This document shows positions 26,609 to 38,245 of a DNA stretch of 64,000 bases, one piece after another. The DNA comes from Chrysomallon squamiferum (taxonomy: Eukaryota > Animalia > Mollusca). The translations under genes and the position numbers were made by a program. The stretch is from positions 2,480,001 to 2,544,000 of the forward strand of contig CM022676.1 of assembly GCA_012295275.1 (NCBI GenBank), read 5' to 3'. The notes beneath the pieces were generated by a model. That model was given only the letters and a program-made list of their open reading frames with translations, was not told the origin of the DNA and made no database searches. Position 1 is the first letter of the stretch, and each line of letters opens with the position of its first letter.

Positions 26609-26750
26609 CAGATTTGTTTGAAAATGTTCCACGTCTTCTAAGAAAAAGAACAAGTATCACTATGACAACAATGACAGTCACAGAACCAACAGCTCCTCCT
26701 ACAGCTGCACCAAGCAGAGAACAAGAAAGAACCACTCTGATCCTTTAAAG
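26609..26750 (-). pseudogene. TM exon of the Ig-FN3 receptor (apparent +1 frameshift)
   Basis: SLLGAAVGGAVGSVTVIVVIVILVLFLRRRGTFSNKS; 142 bp between the ttacag acceptor and gtatct donor, i.e. one base too long for a phase 1-1 exon. Confidence 0.75.
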
Positions 26751-27375
26751 CTGTAATAGATAAAAAACATGTATATAATAACATTTTGTTCTTTTAAATC
26801 TGTAGTAAATAAAAAGAGATATAATAAAAAGATACTTATTATAAAACTATGATAAAAAATATGAAACTTTTAATGCTTCTTCACCTCTTGAGAATGGAAA
26901 CAAATTAAGAATGAAATATGTCTTAATTTAAAAAAAAATAATAATTTCTAACAAAACGTTCTATCATAAAATATACAAATTCAGTTAGCATTAAAATGCC
27001 AAATATGAAGTAGTCAGCTTTCCACTCCTTATTCGGAACTATATCAAAAATTTGAAAGTTATTTATTTCCTATTTTTTTAAATCATAATTTGTTTTTGTT
27101 GTTTTTTAATTATTAACGTTTATAGTTATATACTTCTAATATATATATATTACACTGAATAAACATCCAAGAATCCAAGAACTTCAAACATTTTCATGCA
27201 TTTTACTTTTTTCCTTCTTTTGAATGCTCTGAAAAGTTTACAAAAAATAAAAATAAATAAAATAAATAAGTAAATAAATAAATAAAAATAATAATAAAAA
27301 AAAAAATAAATAAAATAAAAATAAATCAATAAAGTGAAAGGAAATTGACGATATTAATAGTTGATGCTAGTTAAC

Positions 27376-28022
27376 CTTTTGTAATTATTTGAATGGTGAC
27401 ATAATCACTTCTATTATCTGAAGTTCTTGTTTTCAGCTGAAATTCTCACATCATAAACTGTTTTGTCTTTGAGATTGGTGATGTTATAAAACATTTTCTG
27501 TCCTTGTGTTGTGTCATCAAACCATTTACTTTGCCAAGAAGTAATCCAGTTAGAGTCACTTTGTAATTTGTACTGCAGTATAAATCTTTGTTTGAAATTA
27601 CCACCTGGGTAGTTAGGTAGCCAGGACAAGAACACTGTGTCTGATGTTGATTCTTTTTCTTGTTGGAACTCTTTAGGAGGAAGAGGTGGACCTGCTCCAG
27701 TTAGGTTCACAGAGAACTGAGAGCATCCAACTTCATTACAGACAGACAGTTTGTATGTTCCAATGGCATTTTGAGTGAAATTACTGATACTGAGAGAAAA
27801 CGTGTAACCAGAATTTGTTACTGTTTTACTGTGTATTAGTAGAGTAACATTTTCCTGTACTACATCTGTGTTATTATAATGTGTTTGTTTATCAAAGTTA
27901 CTCCAAGTGAATGTTGTGAAGTTTGGCTTGGAAAACACATATTTGATTAGGCTGTCAGGTTTTCCAATCTCAGCTTCCCAGGATACTGTTTGCCTTGGTC
28001 TCCATAGCCATCTATGGTGTTG
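27376..28022 (-). pseudogene. Ig plus fibronectin type III exon, disabled
   Basis: ...FSLSISNFTQNAIGTYKLSVCNEVG...GPPLPP...VFLSWLPNYPGG...QRFILQYK...W...ITNLKDKTVYDVRISAEN; a stop and frameshift near the 5' end and a frameshift before SDNRSDYVTIQIITK|gt. Confidence 0.85.
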
Positions 28023-28644
28023 CTATACAATAAAAAATAATAATAATAAAAAAAAAAAAAATAATAATAATAATAATAATAATTTAGAATAATTATGTAC
28101 ATTTTGGTTAATAAAGAGATCAGAAATAATTTTTGTTTTAGAACTCAATTTTTGAATTTAGTTATTATTTAATTGTTTATTTCTGATTGTTAAATAATTA
28201 ATTTGCAAACGGAGTACACAAGAGAAATAAAAATTATATGGAAAATATCAATGCAAGCTTTAGAAATCTATAATACAGACAAACATTCATTTAAATGAAA
28301 GAAAAAAAAAAAAAAGGAAGTGTAGAAAAAGAAACGTCCAGAGTTTGCAGTGGGTGTGACAAATAGCGCTAATATTAATAACACACGGAACTAAATTTAC
28401 TTTAAAATTACCTTTTTAAAAAGCCTAATGGAGAGTAGATTGAACTTGTTCAGCCCTTATCCGATAATTGATTCTGAGTCATTGGAGATTCGTGATTGTT
28501 TCTCAGATGTTTTTCACGATTTTTGGAAATCCACCAAAAATGTCACAAACATCAACATTTTAGATATCAAAAATTATTAGAAAAAATTGCTAGTTGTTGC
28601 ACTGTCTATTTTACCCTCTGCAATGAGAAAATGAAATAACTGAC

Positions 28645-28941
28645 CTTTTACATAAATATCAGTAGATTTGGTTTGACTCAATTTTCCAGATCTATTTCTA
28701 ATTCCATTATGTACACTACAAGTGTACGTTCCTCCATCTTCATATATAACAGATTTAAACATCAGTCTGTACTGACTGTTTCCAACAACAACTCCACTCA
28801 CATCCTCTATAAATACTCCATTCCAGTGATGTTTAAAACTTGTAAACTTCATGTTAACCGGACGACCATCAGCAAAACGCGTCATATTTGCTGTTATGTT
28901 TTCTGTTGTATTCAGTGAATCAAAAGTGATGTCTGGAGCAT
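28645..28941 (-). pseudogene. Ig exon (open frame, B-strand Cys apparently changed to Arg)
   Basis: YAPDITF...NMTRFADGRP...LMFKSVIYEDGGTYTCSVHNGI...TDIYVK; 297 bp, phase 1-1. Confidence 0.8.
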
Positions 28942-29055
28942 CTGTTAAGAAAAGTTGTTAAAATGTATTGTTTTCACACTAATGATAAAGTAAATGATGT
29001 TAATTCGTTTTAATAAACAGGTAAAAGTTTAGAGACAGAACAAACAGATACTTAC

Positions 29056-29320
29056 AGTTGACAACAACTTCCGTGTTACGTGACTTAACAAGGTTTTCAT
29101 ATTCATTAGTAGTGACGTTTGCTTCACGTGTAATTACCATGAATGGTTCTGTTCAAGTTTGTTAAAATTAACTTTCCATTATTAATCAACTCTTGTCGAT
29201 CAAATGTCCACTTGAGTTCAGCTGGACGAGGATTGCTGTCTGATGTACAGGTCAAGGTCAGGTTATCACTTTCTTTAAGAAGTCCTGATTTTGAAAATGT
29301 GACTTTGATTCTGGGATAAT
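29056..29320 (-). pseudogene. Ig (C2/I-like) exon with frameshift
   Basis: YPRIKV...NLTLTCTSDSNPRPAELKW...LILTNLNRTIHGNYT-TGA; a 2-bp loss removes the second Cys, and the frame resumes EANVTTNEYENLVKSRNTEVVVN|gtaag. Confidence 0.85.
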
Positions 29321-29682
29321 CTGAAATATTAACACATTGAAATAATAGAATTAACACACTGCAGTAATTAACAAGGAACAAATTGGCTTTTATGACAAAG
29401 AGATAAGATCTTTCAATCAGATATGTATATATGTATATATCTATCTACCTATCTTATCTAAATATATATATATATATATCTTTTTAAACATTAAACATCT
29501 GTTTATTTCTTATACGTGTTTTCCTTTCGTAACTTTCAAAAACAGGTTAGAAAGTTACTGATATCATTTAGATCTTACTTTTTGACTAACTAATCATTTT
29601 TTGTTCTATTATTTACATAGGAAATATAGCCGTCTGAAAAGACAAAATGGTTTATTTCTCAGATTAAAATGAAACATCTTAC

Positions 29683-29969
29683 AGTAAATGTTTAGTTGTA
29701 TCTTATTAGAGTCATGTCTTTGTTGTTCGTTTCTGTCTGTGTATTCATTCCCAGCTGAATATTTGTAGCAGACTCCATTGTCTTCCTTTGTAGGTGTCAG
29801 TGACAAGTTAAACCGGTGTGTTGTACATCAGATCCATTTCTAATCCAGTAAAACTGAGCTGCTGGATTTCCTTTACCACTGTCAGGTAAAGAACAAATCA
29901 AAGAACTTCCTCTGTTTTCTAGCCATGGTTGTTGAGGATCTAATGAAAGTGTTGGTCTACTTGGAGGAT
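29683..29969 (-). pseudogene. Ig C2-set (nephrin-like) exon with frameshift
   Basis: PPSRPTLSLDPQQPWLENRGSSLICSLPDSGKGNPAAQFYW... then shifts to LSLTPTKEDNGVCYKYSAGN...IQLNIY|gtaag. Confidence 0.83.
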
Positions 29970-30812
29970 CTATTTAAAATATTCTCATTTTAATTCAGGT
30001 AAATGCGTGTGTGTTTTTTTTTCTCCATATAAATAAGCAGTAAAATATATACATATTATTGCTATCTGTACGTTTTTAAAATTATTATCATTATGTTCTT
30101 TCAAGGTGTGAATGGAATAATAATGTATTTACTACCATAAAGAAGGAAGTCGTTAGTACAATTATTTCGAAGAATTTATTGTTTTTAACCTAGCAATATT
30201 TTAAAGGTTTTATTCACAAATTCAAGGTAAGAGTTACAAATATTTAACAATTTGATCAATGACTCATGGGATGCAGAGAAACGAGGGTCTAAATATTCTT
30301 GATTGAAACTGGTGTTTTCTAAACCATTGAGAAAAAAAAAGAAATCTGACATTTAATTAATTTCCCACTCATCAGAAACAGTCCTGTGAGTTTACAGCAA
30401 ATTAACAAGTAGTGCATTTAAGCCAACTTGTTGATTTTACAAAAGAATTACCAAAAGGTAAAACATTATTACAATCGGATAATTACCAGTCACTGTATTA
30501 GATCTGCATTACTAATTATAATTAATCCTCCATTACTAGAGTGATAAAAGGGAAGAAATAGGGGAAATAGCAACATTATATATATAAAATAATAAATAAA
30601 TCAGTGAACTAATTATGTTGCTTTTCGTACAATTAGTGACAGATTTTAAAAGGCTCCCTAATTTATTAAATATGAATAAAACATAGAGAACCAGAAAGAT
30701 ATTTCATGTGCTTACCGAAGCATTGTATATATTTGTGTACGCTAATTCTGAACCCACCCAGTCTTGTATGTTGATATGTTTATAAATTATAAACAATTTA
30801 AGAGTTACTTAC

Positions 30813-30850
30813 AGTGAATAGTCATGTTTCTGCTTTTCATCTCATTGTAT
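30813..30850 (-). pseudogene. Remnant 3' end of an upstream Ig exon
   Basis: NEMKSRNMTIH T|gtaagt, a phase-1 donor that would give the Y-P-P junction with the next exon. Confidence 0.4.
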
Positions 30851-33360
30851 CATCGATACAACACACACACATATATATAATTCAATTTATGTATATTAAA
30901 TTATATTAGAGGAATAGTTATTAAGCTATAGCGAATAATCATGTTTTTACAGTTATTCAATGTTTAGCTAATTAATGTTGGAATATGGTGATAATTACAC
31001 AAAAACTAAATAGCAGAGATTATGCAGACTCCATGGGCTGTTTAGAAGCTGTGTTATATAATTACGGGAATTTCCATTATTTTTATAAACAAAACAAAAA
31101 CAAAAAAACACTGGGATTAACTGAGAATAAACATTTAAACTGCAAAGTGAATTCAGAAAGGCTGACTGCAGTTGTTTTATCCACGTGAGAAATATATATT
31201 TTCTGTGTGCATATTAACCAGGATCTTTTGATCAGTGCGCAGTGTTGCGTCACGTTGTCTGAGGGACATGTACGCGGGACAAAGGATCACTCATGGAATG
31301 GTAATTACGTTTAAAGGTCTTTTTTTAACATACATTTTGATTGCTACAAGATAGCCAGGAATATTTTTATTGTTATTCTGTGGTAGTTACTTATGCTTGA
31401 AAACTAAGTAAGATAACTTTCTTTAATAACTAAAAGCTTAGTTAGAAAGTTAACATAACAAACTGTGCTTAATTAGAACAGTATCTGTCAATGTTTTTGC
31501 ATTTGAATTATATCGTGAGAATTTTACAATTTATTTATTTTTTGTTACCATTGATGGTTAATTTATGTGATACATTAAAAAAAATAACCCATATTCAATT
31601 CTTCTTTGTGTTGTTATCCTCTAGTGGATACATAACAGTAATTTAGTAGCTTTAGCTTTCTCAGATCATTAATAGCTTGTCACTTGACACTATTGTTTGA
31701 AAGAAAGAAAGAAAAGAAAACATAATAAGGAAAACGAAATTGAAAAATGAAAATAAATAATTTTTCCTCTCTTGCTTAACTAATTCGGAAACGACGGATA
31801 ACTATTGTAATTATCATTTTCTTTGTTGTTACAAACTGTCATGTCATTTTGTTATATCATCTTTTTTGTTTGTCTGGAAATAACGATATACAAAGATCCT
31901 GGTCTGTTTGTGTCATGAATATATTGATCTTTTTTTATTATTATTTTTATTTTTATCTATTACTATATCATTCGAAATGTGTCCTGTTCCATACAGGTTT
32001 CTTTTATTTCTTTGTTATCGAAGGAGTAAAACATATAAATAATTAAAAATGATTTGGTTTCGATTTGGGTGGGTTTAGCTGTGTAAATATATCTTTATGT
32101 TATATGTATCAATTCTGTTAAGTCATGTAGTAAGAATAGAGAGAGATACTATTTTAAAACGTAACAAATCAAAGTAATCACAGAATTATCGTTAGTGAAT
32201 TACACTCTAAACTCTATTGACAAAAGTTTTTATTCATACTGAATTGGGTTATTTGAAATAATTGTTATACAAAATACAGCAGTAAGTAATACTGTATGCT
32301 GGGCTTAGTCTCTTACTTTTCACTATACTATTGAACTATATAACGTGCAGCAGTCATTGCTTGACGCTTTTCTGTCTAACATTTTAAAAACCTTCAGTTT
32401 CAATTATACTCATTTGACATTAAACTCATGGGAAAACACTTTAATAGTGGTGGGTAACGTAGCTGGGTGGAGATGCTATATCTTCCATATAATCTCCACC
32501 AACCTCCTAACAGAATTTCTAGTTATAATTTTAAATCAGTAATTACTTTTGTTAACATTTTGTATGCATAGATATATATGTTCATGCGTGTGCATACACT
32601 CACAAGCAACACCATGACATACACAAACATAAAAAATACATTACATATATACATTCACACCCACACAAATACACCATTACGCTCTAATTGTCAACCTGCC
32701 CCTTCCATCAGAAATGACGGAAGTACCGTTGTTAAAGATTTATTATATTATTATTATTAAGGTTGTTATAATGACAAAGCAGTATTTGTCCGTGTTTTAT
32801 TTTTAGTTTAGTTTCTACTTCCTTGATTACTTTAGATATTTTTAGAAAAATTAAATAATAAAAAAAATTAGTACTAAGTTAAATTATTAAAACATTAAAA
32901 GATAAAAATGTTCAGGTAGCAGAAAAAAGACAACTAAAAAATGTTAACTGACAAGAATCAGTTTTGTTTTGCATCATCAGTATCATCAAATCTGATCTGA
33001 GTTTTCCACTACTCAAAACTAACCGACAAAAATGATCATTGATTTGACATATGTAGGACATTTTAACTGATATTTTTGTTTCAGATGACAATACATTTTT
33101 TTAAATTTAATTTTCACTTACCATTAACATTTGCCTTCTCATTTTAACAGGAATTTAGCTTCCAATCAACAAACTAAATTACACGCCTTGGATGCCTTAA
33201 CAAAATGATTTAACTAAGACGTATCATTTAAAATTTATAATATTAATTTATTTGCTAACTGAAAATAAGTTTAAAAGATTGATGTTGATCAGTCTCTCAT
33301 CATTAGTAACTGACATTTTAAAGTTTCTGATTTTCTGTTGTGTCTGATTCTTTAGATTTT

Positions 33361-33442
33361 TCACTCTTTTCCTTGCTCCTTTCTCGATTTCTTTTTCTTT
33401 AGCTTTTCAGTTTCTTTTTCAGTTACTTCAGATGGTGGCAGC
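33361..33442 (-). CDS. Putative terminal exon (charged, Lys-rich tail) of a small TM gene
   Basis: cgtag acceptor in phase 2; LPPSEVTEKETEKLKKKKSRKEQGKE-TGA. Confidence 0.4.
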
Positions 33443-33534
33443 CTACGTGGTGTTTTCATCACAAACAAAAGAAAGACAAAATAAAGTGTATCTATGTGTA
33501 TTTGTGAGCATCTGTTTAATCTGTCTGTCTGTTT

Positions 33535-33770
33535 TTGTGTGAGTGTGTGTGTGTGTGTGTGTTTGGTATGTCTCTGTGTGTGTGGGTGTGTTTGGTATGT
33601 CTCTCTGTGTGTGTGTGTGTTTGGTATGTCTGTGTGTGTGTGTGTGTGTGTGTGTTTGGTATGGCTCTCTGTGTCTGTGTCTGTGTGTGTGTTTGGTATG
33701 TCTCTGTGTGTGTGTGTGTGTGTTTGGTATGTCTCTCTGTGTGTGTGTGTGTATGTGAGTGTGTGTTTGA
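33535..33770. repeat. Compound (TG)n minisatellite with recurring tttggtatgtct spacer
   Basis: Read directly, about 6 units of ~30 bp. Confidence 0.9.
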
Positions 33771-33803
33771 ATTATACATTTAGTCACAGACCTACACATT
33801 TAC

Positions 33804-33837
33804 CCATCTGATGGTTGACCTTTAAGATTCCATGAAC
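33804..33837 (-). CDS. Putative 34-bp juxtamembrane exon
   Basis: ttttcag acceptor and GG|gtaaat donor, phase 1-2; [11 protein letters not shown] links the neighbouring exons in frame. Confidence 0.45.
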
Positions 33838-34564
33838 CTGAAAAGTGTAAACTGATTATTTAAAGTACTTTAAAATAAATTAAATTAAATAAAACTATTA
33901 AAATCAATTTAAACTTGAAAAATGTTTCCAGGTTTCACTGATTTAACTTATAAACATTTCTAAATTAAGTAAGTTAGGTTTACAGGGCAGTTGCTTCCTC
34001 TTTTAAAATTCGTTTTATGTAAACATATTTTAATACAAACAGATCAACTTACCTTGATATATTATAATTTTAAAAAATTAAAAAAAATAACAAAAACTTA
34101 TCGATTAAAATACATATCACATATGTGAATTTTTAAGTCAAATTAAATTAGTTTAAGAAGTTTTGAAATGTGAATCACTAATACAAAGTTATCAAAGCAG
34201 ATGTATAAATATGAAATTAATATTTGACATATGCATGTTACAAAACAATATTTAAAAAAATGAAGCTCAATTTAAAATAAAAACAAAAATCTACAACCAT
34301 TCTTAAAACTTTGTCTCACACATTTAGATTAAAATAGCTTGAAAAGGATAAAAAAAAATTCCAAAAAAATTAACTTTCGTTTTATTTTGTATTTAAAAAA
34401 TACATTTAATATTTCATATTTCATCATCATCATTATTATAATATTTTATTCTTTTTATTCATGTATTTGATTTTGTTAAATAAGATTTTGTTTCTTTTCA
34501 ATTAACGTTATGTTGAACATTTAACGTGTACGTCTAAAGCTTCGATCAGTGGTAAACCACCTAC

Positions 34565-34666
34565 CTCTCCGTAACAGTACCACAATGACAACCACTGCTC
34601 CACAGAGCAGAGACAAAGCACAGAAAACTGCCCCTGCCACATAAACATCGCTTTTACACAAACTAC
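34565..34666 (-). CDS. Transmembrane exon
   Basis: tttcag acceptor and G|gtaggt donor, 102 bp, phase 1-1; SLCKSDVYVAGAVFCALSLLCGAVVVIVVLLRR. Confidence 0.65.
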
Positions 34667-34707
34667 CTGAAATTAACACAATTCTGAAATCAGTAACACT
34701 TTTTGTA

Positions 34708-35060
34708 TTAACTAGCACAGTTATGATAATACAAATGTGTTACACTGCTTAACTTAACTAGTATCTGATATTCAAACACAAATATGTTACACTTTAAATT
34801 AACTACAACTGTAATATTTAAATACAAATGTGTTACAGTTTAAATTAATTAGAACTGTGATATTCAAATACAACTGTTACACTGTTGAAAATAACTAGAA
34901 CTGTAATATTTAAATACAAATATCTTACACTCTTTAAATTAACTACAGTTGTAATATTTAAATACAAATGTGTTACACAGTTTAAGTTAACTAGAACTGT
35001 GACATTTAAATACAAATTTGTTACAGTTTAAGTTAACTAGAACTGTGATATTCAAACCAG
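34708..35060. repeat. ~46-bp minisatellite (about 8 copies)
   Basis: aactagaactgt(g/a)atatt(c/t)aaatacaaatgtgttaca... units at roughly 46-bp spacing. Confidence 0.88.
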
Positions 35061-35167
35061 AAACCATTCACTGTGAAATAATACTGTCGAATTGATAAGG
35101 ACAGACATTCTAACATTTAATTCAAACCTAATCTGCAGTATAGGTAAGGCAATATGCATTTACTTAC

Positions 35168-35249
35168 ATGTATGTTCCATACTAAGACAGCCCACAGAAA
35201 TCAGCCCAAGAGCAATTTGTATGAAACCAAAACCACAAGGACAATCCAT
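35168..35249 (-). CDS. Putative leader or hydrophobic exon
   Basis: ATG...T|gtaagt, phase 1; MDCPCGFGFIQIALGLISVGCLSMEHT, in frame with 34565-34666. Confidence 0.4.
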
Positions 35250-35550
35250 CGTTTTTTGAAATCTTCAGAAAAGGATATAAAATGTGTACACCACTAATAT
35301 ATCATTGTTTACTTATTTCACTTCTACATTAAATAGTTTATCTCCAAAAGACTTGAAAAATAATAATAAATAAATAAATAAATAATTAAATTTGATTAAC
35401 TGATACTGTATTTTCAAGTAGTCTTAAAGGCAGCCAAACCTATATTATGTATGTTACCTAAAATAAAGAAATAGAAAACTGTCTTCCATAATGAATCTGG
35501 TTTGTAACCAGTTACTTGGCTTTATGAAATGTGTTTAAAATTATACTTAC

Positions 35551-35652
35551 TCAGAAGGGTCAGACACAGAAATAAGTAGACAACTACAACAACCATCCAG
35601 ACAGCCAGAACCACACTAAGAACCACTGTACAGTCACATTCACAGACTTCAG
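35551..35652 (-). CDS. Second Cys-rich plus transmembrane exon
   Basis: ttttcag acceptor and A|gtaagt donor, 102 bp, phase 1-1; EVCECDCTVVLSVVLAVWMVVVVVYLFLCLTLL. Confidence 0.6.
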
Positions 35653-36273
35653 CTGAAAATAAAACATTAAAAGTTTACATCTTTAACATTTATTTTATAC
35701 ATTAGCAGTTACCAGATGTTAATCATACTTATGATCTTATATTAGTATTAGAGAAAGCTGATCATATTATGGATTACTCGTATTTCTTAAACAGGCATCT
35801 TCTTAGACCAGATACCAAGTAGAATGCTGTTAAACAAACCAGTAATGTGTATATCCTGTGAATTTCTAATCAGATATAACTTTTAAAAATGATATACATC
35901 TAATTTCTCTAAAGAATTAAATTCTAAAAAAAAAAAGAAAAACAAAAAGATTCAAATGCTGGATGTATTTCTGTGCCGTTATAATTTACGAGACTCATGT
36001 AAAAATATTATAAACATTTCAAATGTTCTTGTTATTTAGAACATTTCAATTGAAACAATTCAATATTTGTAAGCAAACCCTATAATATTTCTATATCATG
36101 TTTCAGAATATTATACACATTATATACATTGCCTTACCTCTTAACTTAGAGAGTGTCTTAGTAAGTGTGGTTGTTTATATTAGTTAATAGTGATATAGAG
36201 AGGGTTCATGCATATAGATACTGTGTATAGTTAGAAAATCTAAATAAATATGATCCAAAAAACAAAGGCACTG

Positions 36274-36306
<33 letters not shown>

Positions 36307-37629
36307 GGTGGTAGTAAGAGTTTTAATGTTCATCTTCCAAATCTTATCTCAGGAATATGATTTAAAATGTTGAAAACAACTGAAACACGTATTTATCTGT
36401 AAATATGCAGCCCACATCTGTTTTAGTTGATATTTTAAGGACCAGATTTTCTTTTAGATACAAAATGTAACCAGTTTATTTATCAATTTTTCAAAAAAGC
36501 TCCTCAGTATTAAAAGTGTAGTTTCAGTTATGTTTGTACAGAAGAACAGAACATGGTTTTACATTTCCAACCAATTCTGTAATCTGACAGACTGCGAACT
36601 AATTGATGTGATGACAGAGAGATTATTTGCAACAGAGATGCAGTTTTAGGTGGTGATAAAAAAGAAAATTTGAAAACACAACATTAATCAATCTGACCGT
36701 ATTTTCATGCAATGAAGAAGTTGAAATAAAATCAATAAAATGGGCTGTGAATGTTTTGTATTTAGCTACCAACACCTTACATGCAAAACATACACAAAGT
36801 AAAATATATCTAACATCAGGAAACAAACTGAGCAATCTGAGTGATTGTTGCCTGCAGCATCTGGAACAAATAAAAACACCTTTTGTGTTATTTAACTGTG
36901 TAGTAATACTGCTTTAAACTGTTTTCAGTTTATACAGTGAAAGTGAATGTGAGACAAATATGAGCTTTACTCCATAAACAAGTCACACATCTAAAATGAA
37001 AACATTATTTGTGCAACAAAAGCTGATAAGAAAAATGAATAAAATATCTTAATATAGGATTTATAATGAGCAACTGAGAATATCACAATATATTCTTTAC
37101 ATCAAACAAGATTTTAAAAGTTCCACTACTTAAATTTCAAACAATTCTTTTACACTGCTCCTTGAAAAAATAAAAAATCTTGAACACATTTTTATATAGT
37201 TTTTCTATATAACTTTATAACTTTTCATTGATCTATTGTTAACAGCAACAGATATTTAAAAGTGTCTCTCTCTCTATGCTAGAAAGTGAGTGATTGTAGT
37301 AGTTAAATTTAATTGGATCTGATTTTTAAGAGTAAAAGTAATAATAATATACAACATATTTTGTATCTGTTAGAGGATGAGTCATTACAATATTTAGATG
37401 AGTGAAACTTCATGTTAATTCATTCATTACAATAGCAATTTATGAAGCTGGTCATATTTGTTAACACTACCAATCTACAAATACTTAAACTTTGTGTAAA
37501 TACTATTAATCATGTAGCAAATACCAAATATAAAATGTATAACTGAGTTATAACTGCAAATATTATTAACAGACAACAAGGACAGTAAGACAGTTTTAGA
37601 TGCATCATATTCAGTGGTTATAACTGGAC

Positions 37630-38245
37630 TGATATGATAGTTAAAAATGCTTTTGTCTAGCTGATTGTATTGTAAGTTTATTATAGGACTATAACATGTA
37701 CATTTTCTGTTCTCTGTTTTGCTATAATGAAATGTGACCTTTGATGGCCATGCCGTGTCAAATAGAGGTCCAAATGTTATCTGCATCCCTCATAACAAGC
37801 CAGCTTAATTATTCTCAGATACAATTTGCAGTTAGTAATATTAACAAATATCGAAAATTACTATTTTAATATTTAATGTAATCACAAAAAATCTGATACA
37901 TATTAATAATCATAATAATAATTATTAGTGGTAATAAAAAAACAAAAATCAATAAAAAATAAAAATTAACAGGAATAAAGTATGAGGTAAAATGTATAAT
38001 ATAACAAAACCAGTGAATGCTGACTTAATAAAGAAAATTAGTACATCTATTTATTTCATGATGTTTTAGTATCATTATCAAAGTTCAAAACTGAACTGAA
38101 GATTATTTTTAATTATATTCACAATTATCTTTCTATTTAATGTGATCCTTATACTTACATGATTTCAGTTTTGCCTCTGTTTTGTGTGAAACAGAAGATG
38201 GGATAAAACATTGTCACAGAAAAAAAATTGAAATACTATCTATTA
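37630..38245. repeat. Diverged inverted copy of ~18900-19430 (dispersed repeat)
   Basis: For example aaacagaggcaaaactgaaatcatg (~18965) versus catgatttcagttttgcctctgttt (~38158), and ggcttgttatgagggatg versus catccctcataacaagcc. Confidence 0.8.
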
